Shown here one piece after another: positions 19,872 through 28,979 of a stretch of DNA of 64,000 nucleotides. Source of the stretch: Vulcanimicrobiota bacterium. Lineage in GTDB: Bacteria > Vulcanimicrobiota > Vulcanimicrobiia > Vulcanimicrobiales > Vulcanimicrobiaceae. The stretch covers positions 864,001-928,000 of the forward strand of contig OY970223.1 in the NCBI GenBank assembly GCA_963714015.1. The letters are read 5' to 3'. How positions within the stretch are numbered: position 1 is the first letter of the stretch; the number at the start of each line of letters is the position of its first letter. The notes under the pieces were generated by a model, which was not told the DNA's origin, did no database searches, and saw only the letters and a list, made by a program, of their open reading frames with translations. The position numbers were made by a program, and so were the translations under genes.

Positions 19872-20141
19872 TTAGCGGCGCAGACCCAAGTCGGAAATCA
19901 GCTTGCGGTAACGCTCGAGGTCCTTGTCCTGAAGATAATTGAGCAGGCGGCGGCGCTGACCGACTTGCAGCAGCAGGCCGCGGCGGCTGTGGTGATCCTT
20001 CTTGTGAATCTTCAGGTGCTCGGTGAGCTGATTGATTGACGCGGTCAGAATGGCGACCTGCACGTCGGCCGAACCGGTGTCCGACGACGAGCGGCCGAAT
20101 TTAGCGGCGATCTCCGCTTTTTGTTCTTTGGACAGGGGCAC
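19872..20141 (-). CDS. rpsO: 30S ribosomal protein S15
   Basis: [13 protein letters not shown]...[12 protein letters not shown]...LGLRR. Confidence 0.99.
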   Translation of the reverse strand: MPLSKEQKAEIAAKFGRSSSDTGSADVQVAILTASINQLTEHLKIHKKDHHSRRGLLLQVGQRRRLLNYLQDKDLERYRKLISDLGLRR

Positions 20142-20208
20142 GTGTAAGAGACTCCTCGTTCAAGGATGGGCTCGCTTCCGGTACAGACTGGGAGTCCGTC
20201 CGGGCGAC
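20142..20208 (-). promoter_or_regulatory. structured rpsO 5' leader, candidate S15 autoregulatory RNA
   Basis: Long hairpin at 20172-20207 whose apex GACUCC is complementary to the SD-containing GGAGUC (20150-20155). Confidence 0.55.
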
Positions 20209-20214
20209 CGGGGA

Positions 20215-20244
20215 ATCATACCAGAGGTTCCGGCGGACGCGCAA
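20215..20244 (-). promoter_or_regulatory. sigma70-type promoter of rpsO
   Basis: TTGCGC-18 bp-TATGAT with a TG extension. Confidence 0.65.
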
Positions 20245-20260
20245 CATAGCTAGGCGCCTG

Positions 20261-21103
20261 ATGGAGTTTTCTTACGAAAAACCGCTTGAGGGCGTCCGCG
20301 TTCTGGCGCTCGTAACGAACGTCCCCGGCCCGATTGCCGCCGCGAGCCTCGCCCGCCTTGGAGCCGAGGTGACTAAAGTCGAGTCGCCGGCGGGAGATTC
20401 CCTCGAACCGGCCGCGGCCCGGTGGTATGCCGAGATCGTGCGCGACCTGCGAGTGCTGCGCCTGGACCTCAAGTGCGCGTCCGCGACATTGCTTGCCGAA
20501 CTCGCCAAGGCGGATGTGCTGATCACCGCAATGCGCGCGCGTTCCCTCAAAGGTGCGGGGCTAGAATGGGGCGAGTTGCATGCAAAGTTTCCGCGGCTCG
20601 CTCACGTCGCCATCGTCGGCGAAGCGGCTCCGAACGACGATCGCGCAGGCCACGATTTGACCTATCAAGCACGCGCAAATCTCATTGCGCCGCCGGCCAT
20701 GCCGCGCACGCTTTTTGCGGATATGTTCGCGGCGGAACGGACCGTTGCGGCTGCACTTCTTGCGCTATACGAACGGGAACGAACCGGCGCCGGCAGCCGG
20801 CATGAGATCGCCATCGCGGACGGCGCACGTGTTCTGTCGGATCCCGTTCGCCATGGCCTCACTTCTGCGGAAGGTGCGTTGGGCGGCGGCTTTGCCGGGT
20901 ACGCGATCTATCGGACCGCCGACGGATGGATTGCCTTGGCTGCGCTCGAGCCGCATTTTCAACAGCGGCTCTTGCGCGCGCTCGATTTGCCCGCGATCGA
21001 TGCGGCAGCATTGCGTAAGCGCTTTGCCGAACGCGAGAACGCGTACTGGGAAATGCTCGCCGGGAAAGAGGATCTGCCATTAGCGACGATCGCCGCGCCG
21101 TAA
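20261..21103 (+). CDS. CoA-transferase family III (CaiB/BaiF, AMACR-like)
   Basis: PLEGVRVL...VPGP...LGAEVTKVE...GD; AGHDLTY catalytic Asp motif. Confidence 0.9.
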   Translation: MEFSYEKPLEGVRVLALVTNVPGPIAAASLARLGAEVTKVESPAGDSLEPAAARWYAEIVRDLRVLRLDLKCASATLLAELAKADVLITAMRARSLKGAGLEWGELHAKFPRLAHVAIVGEAAPNDDRAGHDLTYQARANLIAPPAMPRTLFADMFAAERTVAAALLALYERERTGAGSRHEIAIADGARVLSDPVRHGLTSAEGALGGGFAGYAIYRTADGWIALAALEPHFQQRLLRALDLPAIDAAALRKRFAERENAYWEMLAGKEDLPLATIAAP

Positions 21104-21120
21104 TCGTCGCCAGATCCGGC

Positions 21121-22257
21121 ATGAAGTTAGCGCACGTGCTCTGCTTCCTGGCATTGGCCGCTTGCAGCGCCTCACAAATGAGGGCAAGCGTTACAATGTA
21201 TAAGCCGTCAAGCGGTTCGACCCCCAGTATTCCCTTGGCACTGTCTTCGGGCACCGCGTGGTACGGGGATTCAAACTACACGACGATCGTCCCGTTTAAT
21301 ACCTTGACACATGCATTCGGAAAGCCGATTCCCGATCCGACCGTCATACCGTATAGCCATGCCGTCCTTGAGAATGCGTCCGCAAATGTCTTGACGGGAG
21401 CGCCGCTCGCACCGAATTCTCTCGCGCGCGACGCAGGCGGAAATCTCTGGGGAGTTGGATACGCCGACAAGCGATTAGGACTCTCTCAAGACGCTTCGAC
21501 TTCGGCAATCGTCGAGTACGATCCAGCCGGATCATCGCGCGCGTTCTCCATCTCTCCGCTTTATACGCCGGGGTCTCTCACGGTTGATGGCCCGAACGGC
21601 CCGCCCTGGTCTATGGTTTGGACAGATGGAACGACGGCCGCGGTGGTTCAGCTGAATGCAAACGGGTCGATTACACCCAAATTTACCGTCGCATCGAGTA
21701 AATTACCGGCTCAGTACTCCCTTGTGCGATATGCGAAGTTCGGAACGAACGGCATCGTTTGGCTGCTAAGTGATGAGGTTACTCACACAAGGATTACTCA
21801 ATGGGTATTGGGTTCTCACAGGACAACCCACATCTCGCTTCCGGTGCATGGCTATCCGGGGGGCGCAGCCCTTACGACTGCACCGGATGGTTCGGCGTGG
21901 GTAATCGCCCAAGAAATGTACGGCCCCGAACACGGTCCAACGCATTTCTATCGCGTAACACCCGCAGGTGACGTTACGACGTACGCGGTTCCCGCGTTGA
22001 ATTCGCGCAACACCAGCCCCGCAACAATATTTTGGGCGAACGGTTTCGTCTGGGGCGTAGCTACCACCGATTTCGGTCCGGATGTCGGCAACGCATATCT
22101 TCTTCGAGTCGATCCTTCAGGCACTGTTACGCAAGCAGCCGTCGCGAACGCACGCGGTGCGATTGCGGAAGTTGGGCCGTCCATTGCCGGCCCGGGTGAC
22201 GAAGCGTTCCTAAGCGGCTCGTCCGGAGCGCTTCCTGAACTCCACTTCGCGCCGTAG
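21121..22257 (+). CDS. hypothetical lipoprotein, Vgb/NHL-like beta-propeller
   Basis: Lipobox LAAC; repeats such as [18 protein letters not shown] and [11 protein letters not shown]. Confidence 0.7.
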   Translation: MKLAHVLCFLALAACSASQMRASVTMYKPSSGSTPSIPLALSSGTAWYGDSNYTTIVPFNTLTHAFGKPIPDPTVIPYSHAVLENASANVLTGAPLAPNSLARDAGGNLWGVGYADKRLGLSQDASTSAIVEYDPAGSSRAFSISPLYTPGSLTVDGPNGPPWSMVWTDGTTAAVVQLNANGSITPKFTVASSKLPAQYSLVRYAKFGTNGIVWLLSDEVTHTRITQWVLGSHRTTHISLPVHGYPGGAALTTAPDGSAWVIAQEMYGPEHGPTHFYRVTPAGDVTTYAVPALNSRNTSPATIFWANGFVWGVATTDFGPDVGNAYLLRVDPSGTVTQAAVANARGAIAEVGPSIAGPGDEAFLSGSSGALPELHFAP

Positions 22258-22349
22258 TCGACACCCCGCCGCCCCAAAAGATCGCGTGCGACGCGTTTGG
22301 ACCTTTAGAAGCATTCCCATGCGCCCGAAGCGCCTTGAATCTCGAAATC

Positions 22350-22504
22350 GCGATCCGCAAGGTGCTGCAGTGCGCGACCCTGCGATTCCAGGACATCGAT
22401 CTCTTCGAGGTCAATGAGGCGTTTGCCGGCGTCTGCCGGCGTGGATGCGCTACTTGCATGCGGACCGCATGGCGAACGCAACGATATTGGAACGACTGGA
22501 GTAG
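22350..22504 (+). pseudogene. thiolase (acetyl-CoA C-acyltransferase) C-terminal remnant
   Basis: AIRKVL...[12 protein letters not shown] and, in another frame, [15 protein letters not shown]; the GHP and CxGGG catalytic segments and the whole N-terminal part are missing. Confidence 0.8.
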
Positions 22505-22514
22505 GCCGGCACTT

Positions 22515-23270
22515 ATGCAACTGAAAGACAAAACGTTTCTCATCACCGGCGGCGCTTCGGGCCTTGGAGCCGCGTGTGCGCGCGAATTCGCCGGCGCAGG
22601 CGCCAACGTCGTCATCTGCGACATCAACGAGCCGCGCGAGTCGCCCGATGCCTCGCGCGTGTTCTTTCAAAAGACCGACGTCACGAGCGAGCAGAGCGTT
22701 CAGAGCGCCATCGACGCCGCAACCGGTAAATTCGGCGGACTGAGCGGCGCAATCAACTGCGCCGGCATCGCTACGGCAGAGCGCGTCGTCGGACGAGACG
22801 GACCGCAGCCTTTAGATCATTTCAGCAAAGTGATCTCGGTGAACCTCATCGGCACGTTTAACGTGATCCGGCTCGTCGCCGCGAAAATGATGCAAACGAC
22901 CGTAGAACCGGGCGAAGATCGCGGCGTCATCATCTGCACGGCGTCCGTTGCTGCATTCGACGGTCAAGTGGGGCAGGCGGCGTATTCCGCGTCGAAAGGC
23001 GGCGTGGTTGCTATGACGCTGGCCATCGCTCGGGAATTTGCTCAGCATCAGATTCGCGTCATGAGCATTGCACCGGGCATCTTCGACACGCCGATGATGG
23101 CCGGTTTGCCCGAAGCCGCGCGTGAGTCCCTCGGCAAACAGACGCCATTTCCGGCGCGTTTAGGCCGTCCGCCGGAATATGCGGCACTCGCGCGTCACAT
23201 CGTCGAGAATCAAATGCTCAACGGCGAGGTGATCCGCCTGGACGGCGCAATCCGCCTCGCCCCTCGCTAA
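22515..23270 (+). CDS. 3-hydroxyacyl-CoA dehydrogenase type 2 (SDR)
   Basis: [44 protein letters not shown]. Confidence 0.95.
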   Translation: MQLKDKTFLITGGASGLGAACAREFAGAGANVVICDINEPRESPDASRVFFQKTDVTSEQSVQSAIDAATGKFGGLSGAINCAGIATAERVVGRDGPQPLDHFSKVISVNLIGTFNVIRLVAAKMMQTTVEPGEDRGVIICTASVAAFDGQVGQAAYSASKGGVVAMTLAIAREFAQHQIRVMSIAPGIFDTPMMAGLPEAARESLGKQTPFPARLGRPPEYAALARHIVENQMLNGEVIRLDGAIRLAPR

Positions 23271-23331
23271 CATCCGCAGATCTGCCGTGCGCTGAAAGCG
23301 GCAACGTGCTGCTCAGGATGGCCCGAGCAGA

Positions 23332-23712
23332 TTAGGTGTTTTTCACCGGAGTAGGCCGCCCTTCGCGGTCGATTGCAACCATGACGAACTTCCCAACGGT
23401 GGAAAGCCGCCTCTCCCCGGTGCCCGGAATCTCGCCCCATAGTTCGACTTCGACGGTTACCGACGTGCGCCCGACGGAAACGACTCGCGCGATCGTCTCG
23501 ACGAAATCTCCTTCGCGAATCGGAGATTTGAAGTCGACGCGATCGATCGACGCAGTTACGACGGGCTTATGGGCGGCGCGCATAGCGGCGATCGAAGCGA
23601 CGACGTCCATCATCGCGACGGCTTTGCCGCCGAAGAGCGTGCCGTAGTGGTTGACGTCCGTGGGAAAGACGATTTCGGTACGTTTCTCCACGATTGGTTC
23701 GGGCTGATCCAT
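23332..23712 (-). CDS. acyl-CoA thioesterase (hotdog fold)
   Basis: FPTDVNHYGTLFGG...MD...VVTAS...VGRTS. Confidence 0.93.
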   Translation of the reverse strand: MDQPEPIVEKRTEIVFPTDVNHYGTLFGGKAVAMMDVVASIAAMRAAHKPVVTASIDRVDFKSPIREGDFVETIARVVSVGRTSVTVEVELWGEIPGTGERRLSTVGKFVMVAIDREGRPTPVKNT

Positions 23713-23753
23713 CGGCGCGATGATTCCCTTTAGAAAGCGGGAATCCCACCCGC

Positions 23754-24524
23754 ATGGATCTGCAGATAAGAAATCGCGTTGCGCTGATCACGGGCGCGAG
23801 CTCGGGGCTGGGGCAAGCATGCGCATATGCGCTGGCGTCAGAAGGCGCGCGTGTAGCAGTTGCCGCGCGCCGCATGCCGGAGCTGCAGCAGACCGCTGCG
23901 CGAGCTCGCGAACTCGGCGCGGCGGACGCGGCCGCGTTTGCCGTCGATTTGACCGACGCTGCCTCAATCGATCGACTGGCGAGCGACGTGCGCGAAGCGT
24001 TCGGCGAGGTCGATATTCTCGTTGCCAACAGCGGCGGTCCGAAAGCGGGAACGTTCACGCAGGTATCGCCGGATGATTGGGACACTGCGTACCGCGGCGT
24101 GCTGCGCAGCCTACTGCAGCTGATCGACGGGGTGCTTCCGGGCATGCGCGAGCGCAAGTGGGGTCGCATCGTCGCGCTCACCTCAACGTCGGTAAAACAA
24201 CCCATCGCGACGCTGGCGCTCTCGAACATGTTCCGCACGGCTTTGGTCTCGGGTCTAAAAACGCTCGCTGGAGAAGTCGCCGGCGACGGCGTGACGGTTA
24301 ACGCGATCGCGACGGGCCGCATCGAAACCGACCGGCTGCGGTCGCTTTACGGCGGGAGCGATTCTGCACTGGAAAAGGCCGGAAAAGAAGTGCCTATCGG
24401 CCGCGTCGCGCAGCCGGATGAGTTTGCGCCGCTGGTCGCGTTTTTGTGCAGCGAGGGCGCGCGTTACATCACCGGTCAGACGATAGCCGTCGACGGCGGC
24501 CTCATTGCGGGGCTGTTCGGATGA
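23754..24524 (+). CDS. SDR family oxidoreductase
   Basis: [24 protein letters not shown]. Confidence 0.93.
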   Translation: MDLQIRNRVALITGASSGLGQACAYALASEGARVAVAARRMPELQQTAARARELGAADAAAFAVDLTDAASIDRLASDVREAFGEVDILVANSGGPKAGTFTQVSPDDWDTAYRGVLRSLLQLIDGVLPGMRERKWGRIVALTSTSVKQPIATLALSNMFRTALVSGLKTLAGEVAGDGVTVNAIATGRIETDRLRSLYGGSDSALEKAGKEVPIGRVAQPDEFAPLVAFLCSEGARYITGQTIAVDGGLIAGLFG

Positions 24525-25038
24525 TCTGCGCAGGCACGGAATCGGGCGGCCGCAATTGACGCTGCCACCACGCCGTGTCGTGCCATTTGCCGAATTTGAA
24601 GCCCACGTTGCGATAGATTCCCACGAGTTCGAAACCGAAGAACTCGTGCAATGCGACGCTGGCGTCGTTGGGCAGGCCGATGCCCGCGAACGCGTTGTAA
24701 AATCCGCGGCCGGTCAGTTGCTTCAGCAGTTCTGCGTAGAGCGCTTTGCCGGCTCCCTTTCCACGAAAATTTTCGGCGACGTACACGGATGTGTCGACCG
24801 ACCAGCGATACGCGGCTCGGCTGCGATGTTGACTGCCGTATGCGTATCCGCATACGGATCCGGCGTATTGCGCGATAAGGTACGGGTAGCCCGCGCCGAT
24901 GCGCGCAATGCGTTCGCGCATCTCGGCTTCATCCGGAGCCGTCTCTTCGAAAGAGATGAACGTTTGCTCGACGATCGGCGCGTAGATTGCCGCGACGGCG
25001 GCCGCGTCGCCGGGCGTAGCCTGTCTAATCTCAAACAT
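24502..25038 (-). CDS. GNAT N-acetyltransferase (phosphinothricin/arsinothricin Pat/ArsN-like)
   Basis: [42 protein letters not shown]. Confidence 0.9.
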   Translation of the reverse strand: MFEIRQATPGDAAAVAAIYAPIVEQTFISFEETAPDEAEMRERIARIGAGYPYLIAQYAGSVCGYAYGSQHRSRAAYRWSVDTSVYVAENFRGKGAGKALYAELLKQLTGRGFYNAFAGIGLPNDASVALHEFFGFELVGIYRNVGFKFGKWHDTAWWQRQLRPPDSVPAQIIRTAPQ

Positions 25039-25093
25039 AGCCTGCAAAAACCGTTGCGCCGCGCGCGGATACTGCGTAGCATAGGTATTCGGT

Positions 25094-25435
25094 ATGCTGG
25101 AGCCTTCGGATTCGCCTTCGTTTACTTGCCTTGCCCGCGCGGGAGACGTTCCGCCCGGCACAGGGCGTTCGTTTTCGCTCGGCCGTTACGAGATCGCGCT
25201 TTTCAACATCGGCGGTGACTTCTACGCGCTCGAAAACAACTGCCCGCATCAGGGAGGCCCGATTGCGGACGGCTGGCTCGAAGGCACCACGGTGACTTGT
25301 CCCTGGCACGGATGGTGCTTCGACGTGCCCAGCGGTAAGATGACGCTCGGAGACTTTGCGCGCGTCACCAAATTCGCGGTGCGGCGCGAAGGCGAAGACA
25401 TCTACGTGAGCAACGAACCGGTCGAGGTGCCATGA
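25094..25435 (+). CDS. Rieske [2Fe-2S] ferredoxin
   Basis: CPHQGG...CPWHG. Confidence 0.92.
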   Translation: MLEPSDSPSFTCLARAGDVPPGTGRSFSLGRYEIALFNIGGDFYALENNCPHQGGPIADGWLEGTTVTCPWHGWCFDVPSGKMTLGDFARVTKFAVRREGEDIYVSNEPVEVP

Positions 25436-25935
25436 GCGATCGCGCGGCGTGGGACGGCGTATTGGGGACCGCCGGCGGTCCCGAATTCGGCAAAGCATTA
25501 CAGGCATATGCGCAAGAACGTGACGTACAGATCGAACGTTTGGCGCAAGCATGCGAATTAGATGTTGGCACGTTTGAAGAAGTGCTGCTCGGCAACCGCC
25601 GCGTCGGCATAAGTGCGCTTGCGCGCATGATCGTGGCGCTGCGTTCGCGGCCGATCGAGTTCATGCAGCGCACCGGCATGCTATCGTTAGAGGTTTACGC
25701 CGCCGGCCTCGACCCATTGTACTTTTTACCGGACGGCCAGATCCGCTATGACGCGCGCATCTACATGCGCGAGATCAATCCGCGGCATCAAGTTCCTGAA
25801 GGCGACATGACCAAACGGAATCCCGCGCTGAAGACCCTCACCGAAGATTCGCTGCTCGACGCAACCGGCAAGGTCGAGCTCGAACTCGCATATCTTTTAC
25901 GTTTGGCGGTTCAGCACACGGGCGGAACGCTCTAG
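25432..25935 (+). CDS. hypothetical protein with XRE-like helix-turn-helix
   Basis: FGKALQ...IERLAQACELDVGTFEEVLLGNRRVGISALARM; ATGA overlap with the ferredoxin gene. Confidence 0.65.
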   Translation: MSDRAAWDGVLGTAGGPEFGKALQAYAQERDVQIERLAQACELDVGTFEEVLLGNRRVGISALARMIVALRSRPIEFMQRTGMLSLEVYAAGLDPLYFLPDGQIRYDARIYMREINPRHQVPEGDMTKRNPALKTLTEDSLLDATGKVELELAYLLRLAVQHTGGTL

Positions 25936-26071
25936 CTTCGACGCCATTAACGCCCGATGCGGCCCGACGAGGGCCGGACGGGCTCACCGACGGCCGGCTG
26001 CTTGTGCCCGGGCGCCGGACGGCTAAGCAAGCCAAACGGGGAAGAACGAGGGCGAGGAGAATCGTGGCCGG

Positions 26072-26635
26072 ATGCAATCAGTCGAAGGGAAACGTATCGC
26101 CGCGCTCGTCGGTGATGGTTATGAAGAAGCCGAACTCGTGGAGCCCCGCCGCGCGCTCGAGGAAGCGGGCGCCATTGTGACTATTGTCGGACTTGACGAG
26201 AAAGCGCGGCAGAAGATTCGGGGCAAGCGCGGCCTCGACGACGGCGGCTCGGTCCGGGCCGAGGAGCTGGTGGCCGACGTGACCGCCGAGGATTTCGACG
26301 CGCTGCTGATTCCGGGCGGGTCTTCACCCGACCATATCCGGATGAACAAGGAAGTACAGCGCTTCGTTCGCGAGTTCGATGCCGCCAAGAAGCCGATGTT
26401 CGTCATTTGTCACGGACCGCAGGTCTTGATTTCGGCGCAGATCGTGCGCGGTCGGCAGCTGACGGGAGTGAACGCGATTTCGGACGATATCCGCAATGCC
26501 GGCGGGCTGTACCGCGATCAGCCGGTCGTTCAGGACAGCAACTGGGTGACCTCGCGCACACCCGAGGATCTGCCGCAATTCAACCGCGCCCTGCTCGAGA
26601 AGCTCGCGACGGCGACGCCGGTACAGCCGGTCTAA
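26072..26635 (+). CDS. PfpI/DJ-1 family protein
   Basis: GYEEAE, DALLIPGG, ICHGP, VTSR. Confidence 0.95.
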   Translation: MQSVEGKRIAALVGDGYEEAELVEPRRALEEAGAIVTIVGLDEKARQKIRGKRGLDDGGSVRAEELVADVTAEDFDALLIPGGSSPDHIRMNKEVQRFVREFDAAKKPMFVICHGPQVLISAQIVRGRQLTGVNAISDDIRNAGGLYRDQPVVQDSNWVTSRTPEDLPQFNRALLEKLATATPVQPV

Positions 26636-27225
26636 ACCTCCAGCGGGTCGTACCGCGCCAGCGCCTCGCCATATTGGCGAAGCGCGACAAAGCCGGCGAA
26701 AATGCAAACGCTCATCGCTAACGCGATGGGCGTTTTGCTTAGACCAAAGGCTGCGGCCGGCACGATGCACGCACTCGCGATCGCTCACGTACCGCGCTCC
26801 GGCCGAACGTACGGTGGCGGATAGTGCGATCAGTGCCGCATCGTTGACGGCAAACAGGCTCAGCGCAACCGGCTCGGCAGCCGCGATGCCCAAAGAATTC
26901 GGCGACGATCCAGTACGCCGCCACGGCGAGCGTGACCACGACGCACGGAACCAGCGCCGTTGCGCGCGCAAGTTCGCGACCGAAAAGCGGCGCACTTTGT
27001 TCGCAGAGTTCGATCTCGCGAAAGCGCCCGTAACCACGCTGCAGAAGCGCAACTGCGATCGCGCAGAGCGAGCCGAAGACGGCGCAGCCGACGAGTTGCG
27101 CGGCAGCGTCGTCGTAACGCTGCACGTAACCCAGCAAAGCGCACGCACTTATACAGAGCACCGCGATTTGCAGTTCCTTGTGCAGACCGCGTCGAAACGA
27201 TCGCTATCGTCGCTGCGCTGCGCAT
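26632..27225 (-). CDS. hypothetical membrane protein with several frameshifts
   Basis: Hydrophobic segments spread over three frames, ending in ALRQYGEALARYDPLEV-stop; start overlaps the stop of the upstream ORF. Confidence 0.55.
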
Positions 27226-27788
27226 TACGCCCGTACCAGCCCGGCGGATTCAAATCGCTCCGCATCCTGGGATGAGACGTGCGTCGTAAAGATCGCGCAG
27301 TCTCCCGCCGCGCTTAGGATCTGTCGCGCATAGACCGCTTGCGGTCGATCCAAGACGAGGAGTTGCGGCGCGGCGAGCAACGCCCCGGCGAGCGGATATG
27401 CGAACTGTTCGTGCACGCCTTCCAGCATCGCGAGCAGCGAGCGTCCCCGCACGATGGCCTGTGCGCGAGGCAATCCCCACAATGCCGCGCGATACTCGAC
27501 GTACTTGGCAAAGGATGAGAAATCGTGCGCATGCGCTTCATGGGCTACGAACCCCGTTATGCTCTTGACTTGCACCGGCTGAATGCGCGGATCGAATGCT
27601 CCCACAAAGACCGTGCCTGCGGTCGCGCGCACCAGACCCGCCGCCATCATCGCAACAACGGACGCAGCGCGAGGGTCTCGACACGCGTAGGCGAGTTGCG
27701 ATCGTTCCGCCAATGCGAGCGTCACCGGTCCGGCGATGCGTTTTCCGCGGAACGTATACTCGGCGTCCCGCATTTCCAGAATTGCCAC
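27225..27788 (-). CDS. degenerate ABC ATPase-like protein
   Basis: ABC-like layout (GLVRATAGTV, TGFVAHE, PQLLVLDRP, FTTH) without Walker A or LSGGQ. Confidence 0.7.
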   Translation of the reverse strand: MAILEMRDAEYTFRGKRIAGPVTLALAERSQLAYACRDPRAASVVAMMAAGLVRATAGTVFVGAFDPRIQPVQVKSITGFVAHEAHAHDFSSFAKYVEYRAALWGLPRAQAIVRGRSLLAMLEGVHEQFAYPLAGALLAAPQLLVLDRPQAVYARQILSAAGDCAIFTTHVSSQDAERFESAGLVRA

Positions 27789-27791
27789 CGG

Positions 27792-28895
27792 TTATTCCAC
27801 TGCCTGCAGCCGCGGATTGGGACGTTCGGGTCTTCCGACTTTATGACATTCGCGCCAAGCTTGGTCTTGCATCAAAGCGACGATGTCGGCGGTGAAGTCG
27901 AACTCTCCGGCGCGAGCGAAGAACGCGCTTCCCACGGCGTACGCGTCGACGGGAACGCGATCGCGCTGAAATTCACCGATCTTCTGCGGAGTGAATCCAC
28001 CGCTCACGACGATCTTTACGTTGCTGAATCCTTGCCCGTCCAATGCACGACGCACGTTGAAGACGAGCTGCGGATTGACGCCCGTGGGTTTGAACGTGCC
28101 CATCATGTTCCACAACGATTCGTCGACGAGCGTACCGGAGGTGTCGAGCCGCACGCCCCACAAACGGTCGCCCAAGGCACGCGCGACGGCAAGCGTCGTG
28201 CCGACGCAATCGTTGTCGAAGTCCACGAGCGAAATCACGTTAATGCCGGGATCGACGAATTCGCAAAATTTCTTGGTTGCGAGCACCGTGTCGCCGCCGT
28301 ACGCGGCGATCAGCGCATGCGGGACGGTTCCCATGCCCCGCGCGCCCCACCACTCCGCATTGGCATCGGTCGAGACGCCGAGCGCGCCGGATATGTACGC
28401 GGCGTAACCATCGCCGGTCTGCACCAAGTGATGATCGAAGCGCGCCGGAAAGAACAGCACTTGCTTACCCGCGGCAGCCTGCACGATCTCGCGCGCATTC
28501 GTGGCGATGCGCGTGCGCCGCGCCAGCACGCCCAAATAGCACGTCTCCAAATGTGCGAAAAGGGTGTAGTCGCCTTCGATCGTCAGCACCGTTTCGTACG
28601 GTTCGATCGGGTCGCCGTCGTAGAGGGCCTTTACCCGCAAGCTCGGCCAGCCTTCTTCCCAATCTCCCGAAGGCAAATGCCGGCCCGAGCACAAGCGTAA
28701 AATCGCGATTGCCTCGTCGATGCCGCAAAGAATGGAGCTGCCGCGCTGAAAGACTTGCATTCGCACTGCCGGCCGGTGCCGGTCGCGTTCCAGAATCTCG
28801 CGCGTACGGTTGAAGTACGCGTCCGAATAGTACCCTTCGCGCATCTTCTCGACGGGCAGATTAAAGATCTCCGCTCGCAGCCGCTCTTTTTGCAT
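27792..28895 (-). CDS. nicotinate/quinolinate phosphoribosyltransferase family protein
   Basis: YSDAYF, GTVPHA, GVRLDTSG, IVVSGG, YAVGS. Confidence 0.9.
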   Translation of the reverse strand: MQKERLRAEIFNLPVEKMREGYYSDAYFNRTREILERDRHRPAVRMQVFQRGSSILCGIDEAIAILRLCSGRHLPSGDWEEGWPSLRVKALYDGDPIEPYETVLTIEGDYTLFAHLETCYLGVLARRTRIATNAREIVQAAAGKQVLFFPARFDHHLVQTGDGYAAYISGALGVSTDANAEWWGARGMGTVPHALIAAYGGDTVLATKKFCEFVDPGINVISLVDFDNDCVGTTLAVARALGDRLWGVRLDTSGTLVDESLWNMMGTFKPTGVNPQLVFNVRRALDGQGFSNVKIVVSGGFTPQKIGEFQRDRVPVDAYAVGSAFFARAGEFDFTADIVALMQDQAWRECHKVGRPERPNPRLQAVE

Positions 28896-28979
28896 TCTGT
28901 ATGGTAATAGGACGTGGGAGGCGCCGGGTCTTGCCGGAACGGCGGACCGGGGGGCCGCAGCGCCGAAGCGTCGGCCCAG

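Noticed and set aside
22335..22514. Apparent thiolase-SDR fusion ORF (22335..23270)
   Set aside because: The in-frame link is fortuitous; the thiolase piece is a deleted remnant whose true C-terminus stops in another frame.
27525..28700. Long antisense ORFs (e.g. 27525..28700, 41915..43291, 56193..57644, 17658..18947)
   Set aside because: Shadow frames of well-supported genes, expected at high GC; no motifs.
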